64,000 nt of DNA from Ruditapes philippinarum. Its lineage: Eukaryota. The notes below the pieces were generated by a model that saw nothing but the letters and a program-made list of their open reading frames with translations, did not search any database and was not told where the DNA came from. This document shows positions 51,284 through 64,000 of this stretch, one piece after another (position 1 is the first letter of the stretch; the number at the start of each line of letters is the position of its first letter). The translations under genes were made by a program, and so were the position numbers. The DNA lies in contig NW_026864532.1 of NCBI RefSeq assembly GCF_026571515.1, forward strand, positions 62,001-126,000, read 5' to 3'.

Positions 51284-54136
51284 TCATCCAACTAACTCTG
51301 CGGAAGGATCAAAGTGGAAAATGTCTTGTTGCTTTTTGTTAGGACAATGTTGTTTAATTATTTCTGGAATAACTTCAGACCATAAAGCCATTCTCTCGGG
51401 ATAGAATCCTTCCATGATTGATGCTGGAGACATCTGATCGGATATCCGGAAATATCGTTGTGACGTCATATCATACGCTGGCCACGTGGTGTTCATGAAT
51501 TTTGTGATATCGATTGGTAAGTTCGGGTTTCTAAAGTTATAAGGAAACTGTATCATTAGTAACATAATTTTTTATTATGTGTTTATTTACTCAATTTTAT
51601 TGTATTTCTCAAACACAATGTTACTCTATAATTGTAATGTTTTGTACGTCAATGTTCAGAATGATATGTTACTGAACACCCTTTTCTGTAACACTTACAA
51701 TTTGTAAATATTTCATGTAGATAAGGTGTGAAAATTCATAATGTCAGCGACAATTCCTTAATTATATTTAGTTCTCAAAACACACTTCGTTTAAATCATT
51801 TTAATCAAATACTGTCAATTGAACATTCCTGCAGAAATACGCATGATCAGAGACGATACAGAAAACATGGTTCCGATGTATGATCTAAAATTACTCTTAT
51901 TCTTGTTTTCTTTCAATGACCATAGATGTATTTGAAAAATTTCTAGGGGTGCATGCATTTGCCATTTGGTTATACTACTGGAATAAAATTGAAAACAAAT
52001 ATGTTTTACAGCATTGTGTACGACTACGACCAAATGGCCATGGAATTTTTCAACATTCTCAAATTCTCGAAAATCCTGAAAGCTGTGAGTTTTAAGTTCA
52101 TGAACAGAAAAATATAGCTTAAAAAAATGGTTACCCTGATTTAGCAAAGTTCGACCACATCGCCATAGTTGCACGAGCGACCTGTTCTTGCTCCGAACTA
52201 TAGCTAAAATTGCTCATACCAGCCATTGATAAATTTACACGCAAAGGCAATCCAAACACAAATTGTAGTTCGTCTCCATGATTAGATCCTGCAATGTAAC
52301 ATAAATGTACTTTTACTGGTTCTGTTTTATAAAAAATATCAAAGAACGAGATCCCTCTGAAGTAATAAAAGCAACAAAATAAGTTGGAGACTCGATCTTA
52401 TTCAGTATCTTCATTAAAATTATTGACAGATACAACATCACATATTCCCAAAACAGTATTTAAGTTCTACAACTAAAAGTGCTGGAAATATATCATACTT
52501 TCTGGGGTAAGTTTCCAATGTGAAATTTAAAGATCGTTTGAAGTTAAATGCTGTAAGTTATATTGTTAAAAAAATCCAAAGGTGCGTGTTTTATTTATGC
52601 AACTTGCACGCAATATCATTCCACAAAACGAAATGTATGGTGATTTAAAGAATATTTCCGGATAATATTATTTTGTTTCATAATCAAAGGCAAACAAGAA
52701 ATATAAATAATCTATCTTGATGCATCTACAAACATATCATATAATTGAAATGCAGACTTGCCTTTCATCCATGAAGGTAAGGGTATGTAATTTTGTCTTG
52801 TTTGAACGGCAAACTCGTACAGGTACGTCTTCCCTACATTTAATCTGACATGTGCATCTACTGTCTGAGACGCCGGTGAAAAGAACGCTGCGTCAGTATT
52901 CATATCTGTCACATGTTTCCATATACTGGCATTGTTATCCGGATCATTCCAGTCGGTATAGGAAAAAATCAAAACTTTTTCTAATGCGACTTTTGCGTCG
53001 TGGTCTACAGAAAGGGGGGTTTTATTAATAGTTATTGGAACAACAGTATTTCTGAATTCTTCTTTTGTTATATCAAATTCAAGATTTGAGTGGTTTAGTG
53101 CGTCTTGATAGTAAAAGAAAAACGCGGCACCATCTTTGTCGTTGGCACCTACCATAATATCCAAAGAAGCAAAGAAGTCTCTTGCTCTGGCAGTTTCAAA
53201 AGAGTTCCCGTTTACAATGTCGATTGGAGATGCGATGACAAAATCGCCGTCTATAACTGGGCCAAAACTTGTATCATTTGATTGCAGTGATATTGGAGTT
53301 TTGGATTGCAGACAAGTAGAAAATATTTGTGAAGATGGCTCACAGCCTTGATTGTAGAAATATCTTTCGAAACTTGATACTTTATTTATGGCCCAAGGCG
53401 CGATTGCAGATCCACTCTCTGCTATTACTCTTTTGAATAGTCCCTCATTTCCAGGATATAAAGCCTGAAAGATAACGGAGGCACCGCCCGCAGATTCGCC
53501 GAATATTGTTATTTCATCCTTATAACCAAAGAAACTATCAATATGATCATGAACCCATTTGATAGCAAGATGCTGATCCCAGAGACCTTGGTTTCCGGGA
53601 AAGACGCCGTTTTGGTCACGTAAAAAGCCAAACATGCCTATACGATAGTTAATTGTTACAACGATTACATTTCCAAACAGGGCTAACGCTTCAGGTTTGT
53701 AAATTGATGATGCCCCCTGAGTGAAACCTCCACCATACACCCAAATCATAACAGGTCGTAGGTCGTTGGCTCGAAGATCGTGTGGAACATAAATGTTAAG
53801 TGTCAGACAGTCCTCAGAAAATTCGGATACTCCGTAACTTTTGTATAAATCACTGTCCTGTTGAGTTTGCTGATAACAAGCTGCTGGTTCTTTACGAGCG
53901 TCAAACGTTCCTTTAAATGGAGCTTTCGGAACCGGTTTTCTAAACCTGTTTTCGCCCCCTGTTGTTTCGGCGAATGGAATACCAAGAAATTTAGAAATTA
54001 ATTTCTGTTCTCCATCAAGAGAAATGTGCTCCTGAAATCCCATGATATTTCCGACCTTTGTGTTCACATATACTGGTGTTTGTGTAACGCAAATTGAAAC
54101 GAACGCTAAAAACTCTAGTATCTGCAAGTTGAACAT
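51284..54136 (-). CDS. Carboxylesterase paralog 5 (intact, ~591 aa)
   Basis: Exons 52762-54136, 52135-52288, 51284-51530; GC-AG intron 1; GESAG, NDKDG, SNHGDE; ends FDPSAELVG*. Confidence 0.93.
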
Positions 54137-55743
54137 TTTGTTACGCTCCGTTCTATTCTAATGGAACTGAAGCAACGGCAACTCGATATTAAAATCATTT
54201 CTTATACCTTTAAACTAAGATTTGGCAAGGTACAAGATTATTTTGTTATAGAAACCGAGTTATTTAAGGTCGTGCTTATTTTTTGATAAAGTTGTCAAAC
54301 ATGGCAAATATTGTATAGTAAAATATTATTTGCTTACCATTATGTTATTACTCTATATATGTATGTTCCTTATGAAATGCCATGCGTTCATTTCTTGGTG
54401 CCATAGAGTGCTCGGTACTACCGGTACGTTTACTTTGGTTTTCCGTAGGAATTTGCTGCACTATTTGTGTTATGTATTGCTATAACAAGCCGGCGACAAC
54501 ATATAAAAGAAATGTGTATTTATTAATAACCCTTATCATTAAAGTAATTTTCGAGTACATCACGTAATGATATGATAAAAGCTCAGGTGATATGTCCTCG
54601 TTTCTGTTCAATCAAACTGAAAAGAAATAAAACAACAAACTTTATATATGCCTGAATACATGAACCCCACTTTCCCCCACATATATATGCGAATATGGCA
54701 ATAAGACCAGAGAAATAGTTTGAAGGATTTAATGTACAAGTGCAAAAGGACTTACAATACGGCAGACTAAGTAACTAACGCCACTTATTATGCACGTTTA
54801 TTACCGAAAAAGAGGTCAAAATATGCAAAAAGATACTTTTAAATCATTTTTTTACAATTTCACTGTGAATAACTCAGTAAGCACAATAATTTATGGCAAT
54901 GTATCAAAGATAAAACTTTTTTGTTTCAAATATGATTCGATCTCCTTCTTTTGTAGAACTCGTATTTTAGTTTTTTGGTCCTTTTTCGGCAGCAGCATTT
55001 CTAATACAAGTCTTGTAAATGGCTTTATCTTAGCGATCTCCTATTTTTCGAGACATTCGTTACCAAATATAGACACAGAGATCTGTTCTCATGCACGAGC
55101 GCACAAACACTACTAGTATTTGATTTCGGAAAATAACCCCTGCTTATAAATGATAGTTTATTTGTCAAACGGAAGGAAAACAGAAATAATATAGTTATTA
55201 AACTCTGCTTGAAGACCACGCAAGGTGTGTAACTATTAAATATAAAATGTATCAGTTGTGTGAGCAAACGTATAAACACAGGCTTTATGCGGCAACGGTT
55301 ACCTTGGCACTAGAGACCCATAATTTGTTTCAAGTACATCACTACCTTTATGTATTAATATAGGCATATCATTATGACACAAGTGACGAATTTTATTTCA
55401 ACTAAAGTCACCAAATATCTAGATACAATCAAACGCGAAAAGTCAAACCAAGATGTGTGCCTGCCCTTATATGCTTGTTTGTATGTGAAAACAAGAGACG
55501 ACAAATGCCAGAATTTTTTGTTATTGTTCTTACAAGTGGTTGTGACATAGCTAAGACAAAAGCTAGAATTAACCCGGCTGAATTTCGAAATAAAATATAT
55601 AGACATTTAATTAATAATTAATTTGATGTAACTAAGTTGTTATCATTTAATTAATGTACAGACGTTTTAGCCTTTGCTGAGACAAAAGCTAGTATCAACC
55701 CGTCTGTAATCTCTACATAGAACTTATTTTTACAATAATAATA

Positions 55744-55852
55744 ACTTTAAAGTAATCATTAAATAAAATTACATTAGATAAATCGGTAATTAATTAATTT
55801 AATACCGATTTATCTAATGTAATATATAATTAATTGATGATTGCTTTAAAGT
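55744..55852. repeat. AT-rich inverted repeat / hairpin
   Basis: ATTACATTAGATAAATCGGTA pairs with TACCGATTTATCTAATGTAAT; outer arms ACTTTAAAGTAATCAT / ATGATTGCTTTAAAGT. Confidence 0.7.
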
Positions 55853-56654
55853 AACGGAATTATAATCTAATTGAAGCAAAGAATGTTGATAAAACAATAT
55901 TTAGATAACAACTTTAAAAACAATTAATTTCATTATAAAATATTTCTACAAAACATTATATTATATTAATTAGCATTAAGTCTTTCCTATCGTTTCTTTC
56001 TAGTTGGCTTTGTATGATAAGTGAAAGTTTCTTCGCTCTTTCTGTTGAATGCAGTTTGATTTTACAAATGATAACTAAGAGGCGCTGGTTTGGCCTCTGT
56101 CATTCTCTGTCTCTCTGGGTTAAATGATTATATTTCCCTTACAAGTCTCATTTTATAAATAGACATTATAATCGAATGAGTAATAACAACGGAAATATTT
56201 AAAGGCTTAGTCATACATTTTATTGTCGTTTAATGTAAGTGCTCGTCGTCAAGTAACGAAAAATTTGAACTCTAAATCTAAGTGTGCAATTTTTGTAAGT
56301 AATGTTTTAAACAATCGAGCATTTTAAATTAATATTACTGTTCACATGACAACAATCAAAAAGACGACAGACTTGATGTTTTTTTATGTAAGTGCATAGC
56401 CTACTATGACCGCGCAAATTTAGTTTGACCCTTGTACTTACAACAACAGTTGATAAGAGCTGAAGGGCAACTGTAATAGTGATGTTATATTTTTACAGAC
56501 TTGAGGAGCTATCGCTTACACACGGTTGCTTAGAAGATGTTTCATTTTTTTTTCATTTGATATATAACTTACTGCGAAAATAAGAACCAAAATAATAAAG
56601 ATCTTTGTATATGTATTTGTAGTAATCTATTTATGGGTTTTGTGCATTAGCCTT

Positions 56655-59584
56655 TTATCCGACTAACTCTGTAGATGGATCAAAATGGAAAATGTCTGGT
56701 TGATTTTTAATAGGACAATGTTGTCTTCTTATTTCTGGAATTAGGTCAGACCATAATGCCATTCTCCTCGGGTAGAATTTCTCTATGATTGATGCAGGAG
56801 ACATCTGATCGGATATCCGGAAATATCGTTGTGACGTCATATCATACGCTGGCCACGTGGTGTTCGTGAACTTCGTGATATCCATGGGTAAATTTGGGTT
56901 TCTGTAAAAAGAAGGGAGGCCATGTCATAAATGCCATCGCATGACAGTATTATCAAATATAGATTTTGTGTCATAATGACTAATTGTTTTGCAATAAGAA
57001 CTGCCCTAGTATTTTGTAACAAACTACATGTATAAATAAGTCTCCTGTATGAAACTTTGAAGAAGTACATGAACTTGATATTTGTATGGAATTTAGAATA
57101 AGTTTCAATAAAACGAAACCCTAAAGATCATCCAAAACGGCAAAAAATGTTGAAAATGTTGCAGGCTTGGTTTGAGCAATTACAAGCTCTGTTTTATTGT
57201 ACGTAGTAGTGATTGCAAGCTACCAACTACAACCTGAAGCAACACATAATTTACATTTTATAAATGGATATGGTGAAATGTATAAACATCAGCAGATAGT
57301 TTCGTACGGATATGAAAATGGAATCTCCAATGAGACACATTACGTTTCTATTTAAGATTGTACAAATATTGCTCTGTATTTTATCTACATACAACTCAGA
57401 AATCGAAATTTGTTACAAAATACGATTTGCTGTCGAAAGACAGAGAAAGAAAACATGTTTATGACTGAAAAAATTAAAGTTGCCATGGCTATTAAAACCC
57501 TTACGAATAGCATACATTTATTGGACTGGCATTGTAATTAAAGGAAATGTTATAATACATAATGCATTGTCAAATATTTAACGTTTCTGCACGCTTACAT
57601 TGACAGGTTTGACACATTTATACACATAGACATTATCTTACCCTGATCTAGCAAAGTTTGACCACATAGCCATCATAGCTCGGGCGACTTGCTTTTGCTC
57701 CGGACTAAAGTTATAATCGCTGATACCAATCATAGATATATTTTCACGCAATGGTAATCCGAATACAAACTGTAGATCGTCCCCATGGTTAGATCCTGTA
57801 ACAATTTTAATGTTCAACTAGTCATAAAGTATAAAAGAATATCTGACTGAAACAGCGGCTTATCACAGCAGATTTACGTCGTCGTCGCAACTTTTATTTT
57901 TAAGTGGCAGGCGAAGAGGACAAGTAATTGTTGCATTATTTAAGGGACGAGTAGCAATATAATTACAACATGACAGAATCTATTTTTCCTATTTGGCTTT
58001 CTTAAATTTTCAAAATTAATTACATTTACAAACAGACAAGTTTAGCTTGGCAATATTTGTTATGAAGCATACAATTGTTTCGCCCGGTTAAGGCTGTCTT
58101 TTCATGTGTACAAGTAACAAAATCTATCTATGTATTGTTCTGTACGCTTAGATAAACAATTATAATATATTACACATATATATCTTAGATAAATTGTAAA
58201 CAAACTTGCCTTTCAACCATGAAGATACGGGTACATAATGTGTTTTTGTCTGCACTGCGAACTCGTACAAGTACACCTTTCCTACATTTAATCTGGCATG
58301 CGCTTGTACTGTTATGGACGCTGGTGAAAACATTATAGCGTCGGAAGGTATATCCATTGCATTCTGTCGTAAACTGACATAATTATTCGGGTCATTCCAG
58401 TCAGTGTATGAAAATGTCAAAAGCTTTTTTAATGCGACCTTTGTGTCGTTGTCTTCTTTGGAAAATGTCTGATCAATATTAATTGGAACCACAGTATTTC
58501 TAAATTCGTCAAGCGAGATATTGAAGTTAAGATTAGAGTGATTAAGTGCGTATTGATACAAAAAGAAATATCCGGCGCCTTCCTTATCATTACAGCCAAT
58601 AATTATGTCCAAAGAAGCGAAGAAGTTTCTGGCTCTAGCAGTTTTTGTAGAGGTTCCGGTCATTATCTCAATGGGAGATGCAACTAATAAGTCGCCGTCT
58701 ACAACCGGGCCAATGCTTGTCATATTAGATTGTAATGATATCAGAGTCCTTGATTGTAGACAAGTAACCAATGTCTTCGAAGTAGGATCACAACCTTGCT
58801 CACGTATATATCCATCGTAAATTGATGCTTTATATATTGACCAAGGAGCTAGTGCAGAACCACTCTCTGCGATAACCCTTTTAAATAAGCCCTCGTTTCC
58901 CGGATATAAAGCTTGCAACATAACGGAACCCGCGCCGGCGGATTGACCAAATATTGTGATTTCATCCTTATAACCAAAGAAACTATCGATATGATCATGA
59001 ACCCATTTAAAAGCAAGTTGTTGGTCCCAGAGACCTTGGTTTCCTGGGAATACACCGTTTGGGTCTCGTAAAAATCCAAGCATACCTATACGGTAGTTAA
59101 TGGTTACAACTATGACGTTTCCAAATAAGGCTAACGCTTCAGGTTTGTATGCTGTTGATGCACCTTGGACAAAACCCCCACCATACACCCAAATCATAAC
59201 TGGTCGTAAGTCGTTGGCTCGAAGCTCATTTGGAACATAAATGTTCAGTGTCAGACAATCTTCGGAAAATCCGGATACGCCGTAACTTTTGTATTGAGCA
59301 TTCATTTGCTCAGATTGCTGGTAACAAGCCACTGCATCTTTACTTGCGTCAAACGTTCCATTAAATGGAGCTTTTGGAACCGGTTTTCTAAACCTGTTTT
59401 GTCCTCCTGTCGATTCGGCAAATGGAATACCAAGAAATTTAGAAATTGATTTCTGTTCTCTGTCAAGAGTAATATGTTCTTGAAATCCCATAATTCTTCC
59501 GACCTTTGTGTCCACATAAACTGGTGTTTGTGTAATACAAAATGAAACGCATGTTAGGATCACTGTTGTTTGCAAGCTCCACAT
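56655..59584 (-). CDS. Carboxylesterase paralog 6 (intact, ~591 aa)
   Basis: Exons 58210-59584, 57642-57795, 56655-56901; GC-AG intron 1; GQSAG, NDKEG, SNHGDD; ends FDPSTELVG*. Confidence 0.93.
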
Positions 59585-61489
59585 TTCTAAGCTTTTGTGA
59601 GCAAAACTATATTTTGTATCCTATAACTTAACCAGTTTTAAACTTTTATAGTGGCTCGACTTAGTGACCAAACTATTTATGTCAGGCAACGCGTCTTTAC
59701 GTTTTGGTTTACGTAATTAAATATGAAAATGATGTCATTTAATGTTATGTCTATCTCATCTTTCAGCATGATTCATATCGAGTTTATATTACGCCAGTTA
59801 ACAATACTTATAACCCATACAGGTATAATGATCCAGAAAAAGGTATCTCATCAACATTAAAAAAAGAAAAAGGAGAAAATAAATTAAATATAGACGTATA
59901 TTTTTTAAGATAAATGAAAGAATGCACCTCATTTCTTCTGTTACGAGAAGCTAACAACTTTTTACCCTTAAGGGCAATATCTGGCACACAACTTAGATTG
60001 TACTCGACATTACACCGTCTATATAAAAAACAAAGCAATAATGTGCTGAAATTTAACCTAGATTATCGCTGTGCTCAAAATCGCCCTAAAATAAGTCTGA
60101 CAAAGCGTACGTGAAAAAGCGCGTATCAGAGCAGACGACAATTTTAAATACACCTTTATTTATTTTTAAAAACTTAAATACGTCTTAGCTTATCATCTGT
60201 CATACCTTACGTTATATCAAATATGTAGTGTTAACCATTCCTAGCCAAACAAAACGCCTTTTAAGGTTCTAAATAGATGGTTAAAGATGTTTCAGGGTTG
60301 AGGTGATCCGATTGCTGTGACTCAAACTTTTGTCAAAGCATATCACTTCTACAATTTGCTATATACGAGCTCGTATATAAGGGATTTTGAGTAAAATTAT
60401 ACAGACAAAAACAAGTGGAAAAGCCCCAAACGAATAAGTGTAATGTAATCAATATATAAAGAACAACTTGTGACTTTTTAAAATGCAAAATGAAATAATA
60501 TTCTTTCATTCAAAATGGCACAGGATCGACTGTGAAGTATATCTGCAGGAAATTTACACAAATTATATTTATATATATAAACGTTCAATGTACAAAAACT
60601 AATGATTTAGGTAGTCATAATTTATCAATACACATCTATTACAATAATTTTAAAATTAAAATAAAATGTTTAAGAAAAGTAAAAGCCCCTGGGGCATAAA
60701 ACAAGAATGACAGGAGCTGCCATGGAGACAGCACAATCGGTCATATTTTGGTTAAGTTGTAAAACAAGGCCCATGAAAGAGAAATAATTCTGCTGATAGA
60801 TCTGCGAATTTATGCTCAAACTTTCATAAATAAAACACAACATTTTCTAGAAATTCTAGACAAATGAGAGCTATCAACCAAAGAAAAACCAAACTGGACA
60901 GATAAAAGTTGCAAACTAGGTGTTCGTGAGAGAAAATTAACTGTAGATCATCTTTTTTTCAACCAGAACTGGCTTAACTGCACATTAGGCATCTTAAATT
61001 ATTTGTTTGTAAACATTAGTTCTATAACATTAAAATAATTATTTTAGAGCATGTTAGATGCTGATCACCTGAAGAAATTAGTCCTGAATATGAAAGAATG
61101 TGTCATTAAAGTAACCAAATGTAAACAATATACATGTACATTGTATTACTTTAACGAAATAAAAGGATATTAAAATTAATAAAAGAGAACCTGTAACTAA
61201 CACCAGTATTTCAACACAACGTTAAAACGTAACACCTTTTAAATTATCGCTCATTTATAAAATAGGATACAATATAACGTTTACATACGAACTAAAACTT
61301 GTTGAGCTATTAACTTGAATTAACTTCATTTGAGACTAAAAGAGATCGGTTTTTGTAGAAGGAAAGATTTTATTGGTCTCTCTATATCCTTTTAACAAAT
61401 GGAAATGAACAGGTGAGACAAACTGTTCTCCATTCAAACGGCAAACGAAATTTTCTCAATACAAATGTGTGGTGGTGGAAGTATTGGCA

Positions 61490-61765
61490 TTTTCAATCCG
61501 GATCACGGCAGTAAGTCACATTGAAAATTCCAGAGCAGATCAGCCATTGCATTGATACTGGGCAAGCTGTCAAGCAGTTTACCAGTACTAGTTGCCTTCA
61601 CTTTCACAAGGAACTTGAAAGTTCTGTACATGTCAGAGCAGAAGTAGAGTGCGAAAGACCGTAGAAAGGATTTCATGATCAATCACAATGAAAGTGACCT
61701 GCATCGTCCAGAAATCATACCCTTGTCGCCCGATTCACAGTCCAACACCTACCTATTGAGCTAAA
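61490..61765 (-). mobile_element. Degenerate SINE-like remnant
   Basis: ACCAGTACT and GACCGTAGAAAGGATTTCATGATCAATC motifs with a decayed tRNA-like end. Confidence 0.45.
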
Positions 61766-61984
61766 TGTGGTGTACCTTATGTGCACACATTCAAACTCAT
61801 GTACCGGAAATAATAAAGCAAAACGTAAATAATGTGAAATGTCTTTCCTGTTGTTGTTGTGTTTTGTTTTTTTTATTTATTGTTTTTTTTTTTGTTTTTT
61901 TTTTTTGGGGGGTGTAGCAGTACTACTACTTAATTTAGAGCATTCGAGTATATTTTACCCCTTAAAGAACTGGCTTCATCTCTA

Positions 61985-62254
61985 CCAAAAGCTGTCAGTA
62001 GGATATCATGCTCGACTATTCTCAGTGCTTGATAGTAAAACAAGAACCTAGATAGTGTTTTAACATCATTTATGGCCATAATTCTGTCAAACTCATGTTA
62101 GAATATGGGCTTTTGTCAGTGTCCGTCTGTAACGGTCTTAAATAAGAGTGTGAAGTTACAACGCATATCTTAACCAAATATGACGGCGACATCGACACCG
62201 GCGCCTGGGTGAGTAAAATTGTTCTTCATATTTTTCGGATAGTCGAGCTAAAAT
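61985..62254 (+). mobile_element. Short decayed HINE-type element
   Basis: 5' subterminal GCTCGACTAT is complementary to 3' ATAGTCGAGCTAA; internal GGCCATAA unit and a GAC-rich spacer. Confidence 0.6.
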
Positions 62255-63209
62255 GTCTCCTGTTCACGAGTACAGAAAAAACACCCAAAAACATTGCTTC
62301 ATTTTTTTCTTTCACATTCATTTATTTATGGAAAAGATTAATAAAAAATGAAAAACAAACACTTGCATGCACTTACAAATACAAATAAAATTACAAGCGC
62401 GCATGTGCCTGCAACAATAAATGCTTACAACTTAGAAGTGTAATAATTGGGTGTTTTCAATTTGTTTGCTTGTTTTTATTTAATTTAATTTTAATTTAAT
62501 TATTTTTTCTTTTTTTTAAATGATTTTTGTTGCCAATTTTTTTATATTCAGCAAGCCCGTACATGTGCTCATTTTCAGATGAGAAGAATTTTTATCGTTA
62601 TTAAAAAGTAGCAAAATAGTTAATTTCAATTTAAGCTGTAATCTTCTTTCTTTATTAACTTATAAGCAATCGTTCTTACAAGCTTCACAAGCTTTGTAAT
62701 TTTGTTAAATCCCTAAAAGTCCGGAAACTGTGCTTATGATGTGGAATCAGGTTTTAGATCATTTTCTGTGTCACTTTTATGTTTAAAAAGAATCTTTCAG
62801 AACGTGAACAAGCAAGTTATTTGTCTACATGACTTTTGCAACGTATAACAATTCGCAAATTGAAGAATGACAAATGTCAGCTTCTAAACTTCTAATCAAA
62901 TTATTTTTTTAGATTGCTACACCAAATGAGGATTTCCAAAAAAATACAAAACATATTTTGAATGTCAACTTTTATATTATAAAATATTCAAAGTTACTTA
63001 CAGCATGATGAAATCAGAGCTATTCAAACAATTCATAATACAATACCTAAACTAAATGTTTTGTTTTTAGCAAATTAAGAAAATATTATGTCAATATTGC
63101 GCTTCTTCTTCCACAATTTTAAGATCAATAATGCTAAAACTTCATAATTTTAAAGAAAATCTAAATTATTTTGACCCCTTCACAATTAAGGCATATCTCT
63201 ACTTTTGTC

Positions 63210-64000
63210 TCATCCAACTAATTCTGTAGAAGGGTCATAATGAAAAACATCTGGCTGCCTTTTGTCAGGACAATGTCGTTTTTCTATTTCTGGAATAATA
63301 TCAGACCATATAGCCATTCTCTTCCGGTAGAATCCGCTTATGATTGATGCAGGCGACATCTGATCGGTAATCCGGAAATAACGCTGTGACGTCATATCAT
63401 ATGCTGGCCACGTGGTGTTCGTGAATTTTGTGATATCCATTGGTACGTTCGGGTTTCTAAAAATTTAAGAATACTTTTACTAGTAACATACAAAAAGTAA
63501 AAAAAAAAAATAAACACAAAGTTATTCTACGATTTATGCTCTTTTTGCAAACTTTTATACGCCAAAGTATTCATCGTCTATCAACGTCTTTTCCAATTTA
63601 GAATACGACTAAATAGTTGTGTAAAAATTTAAAATGTCAACAACCTTTTCCGAGAATAGTTTAACTTGAATTCTAGAAAACAAATTAGATCTACGTTTAA
63701 CTTATTTCAAATGAAATACTTTTTTGTGACTTTCCTATAGATTTAGGCATGTGTGCTCTGAAAACAGAAAACATTGTCCCGTTATATAATTTATGATCAT
63801 TATCTGTTCATAAGCATATGTAAAACAATTCAAGAGCAGCATATATTTTGCTTGTTCTCTAAAAAAATATCGTGTACGACGATATTTACAAAGAATGGTC
63901 AAAATTATTGATAATCCTGAAAGCTCACATGAACAAGTTTTTAAACAACTGTTACCCTGATTTAGCAAAGTTTGACCACATTGCCATGGTTGCACGAGCG
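63210..64000 (-). CDS. Carboxylesterase paralog 7, 3' part (runs off the window)
   Basis: Exon 3 at 63210-63456 (…HYDPSTELVG*) and the end of exon 2 at 63956-64000 (ATMAMWSNFAKSG). Confidence 0.88.

Noticed and set aside
34338-59517. Short antisense or alternate-frame ORFs recurring in each esterase exon 1
   Set aside because: Shadow ORFs repeated only because the host exons are paralogous.
34152-59584. Calling the esterases acetylcholinesterase or neuroligin
   Set aside because: They lack the AChE choline-site WNP and FGESAG-linked aromatic gorge signature, they retain the catalytic Ser, and they have no transmembrane segment. No gene symbol assigned.

Overview
AT-rich eukaryotic (animal) genomic DNA. 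The repeat families suggest a bivalve mollusc, but that is inference. The left third (3071-20893, minus strand) holds a complete 17-coding-exon MCM4 gene. I reconstructed it by hand to 884 aa, with all GT-AG junctions in phase and an E2F-type site just upstream. Its introns are packed with non-autonomous transposons: four Helentron/HINE (pearl/DTC84-like) tandem-repeat elements, one inserted into a copy of itself; CAGGG-ended hAT-like elements with 5- and 6-bp TSDs; several MITEs; and tRNA-derived SINEs. The middle (22.3-32 kb) holds a decayed near-full-length LINE, two fold-back MITEs and a 33-bp minisatellite with a tRNA-like head. The right half (32.8-64 kb, minus strand) is a tandem array of seven three-exon secreted type-B carboxylesterase / cholinesterase-fold paralogs: 3 intact, 1 with a single frameshift, 1 with a locally garbled last exon, 1 fragment and 1 cut by the window edge. 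The array has a conserved GC-AG intron, an Asp/Glu switch in the catalytic triad, a shared C-terminal (H-C-P)...[F/Y]DPS[T/A][E/D][L/F]VG tail and a mosaic, gene-conversion-like pattern. I cannot prove a novel system from sequence alone. The best leads are the self-nesting HINE with a dimeric higher-order repeat and the esterase '-LVG' tail / GC-donor / triad variation.
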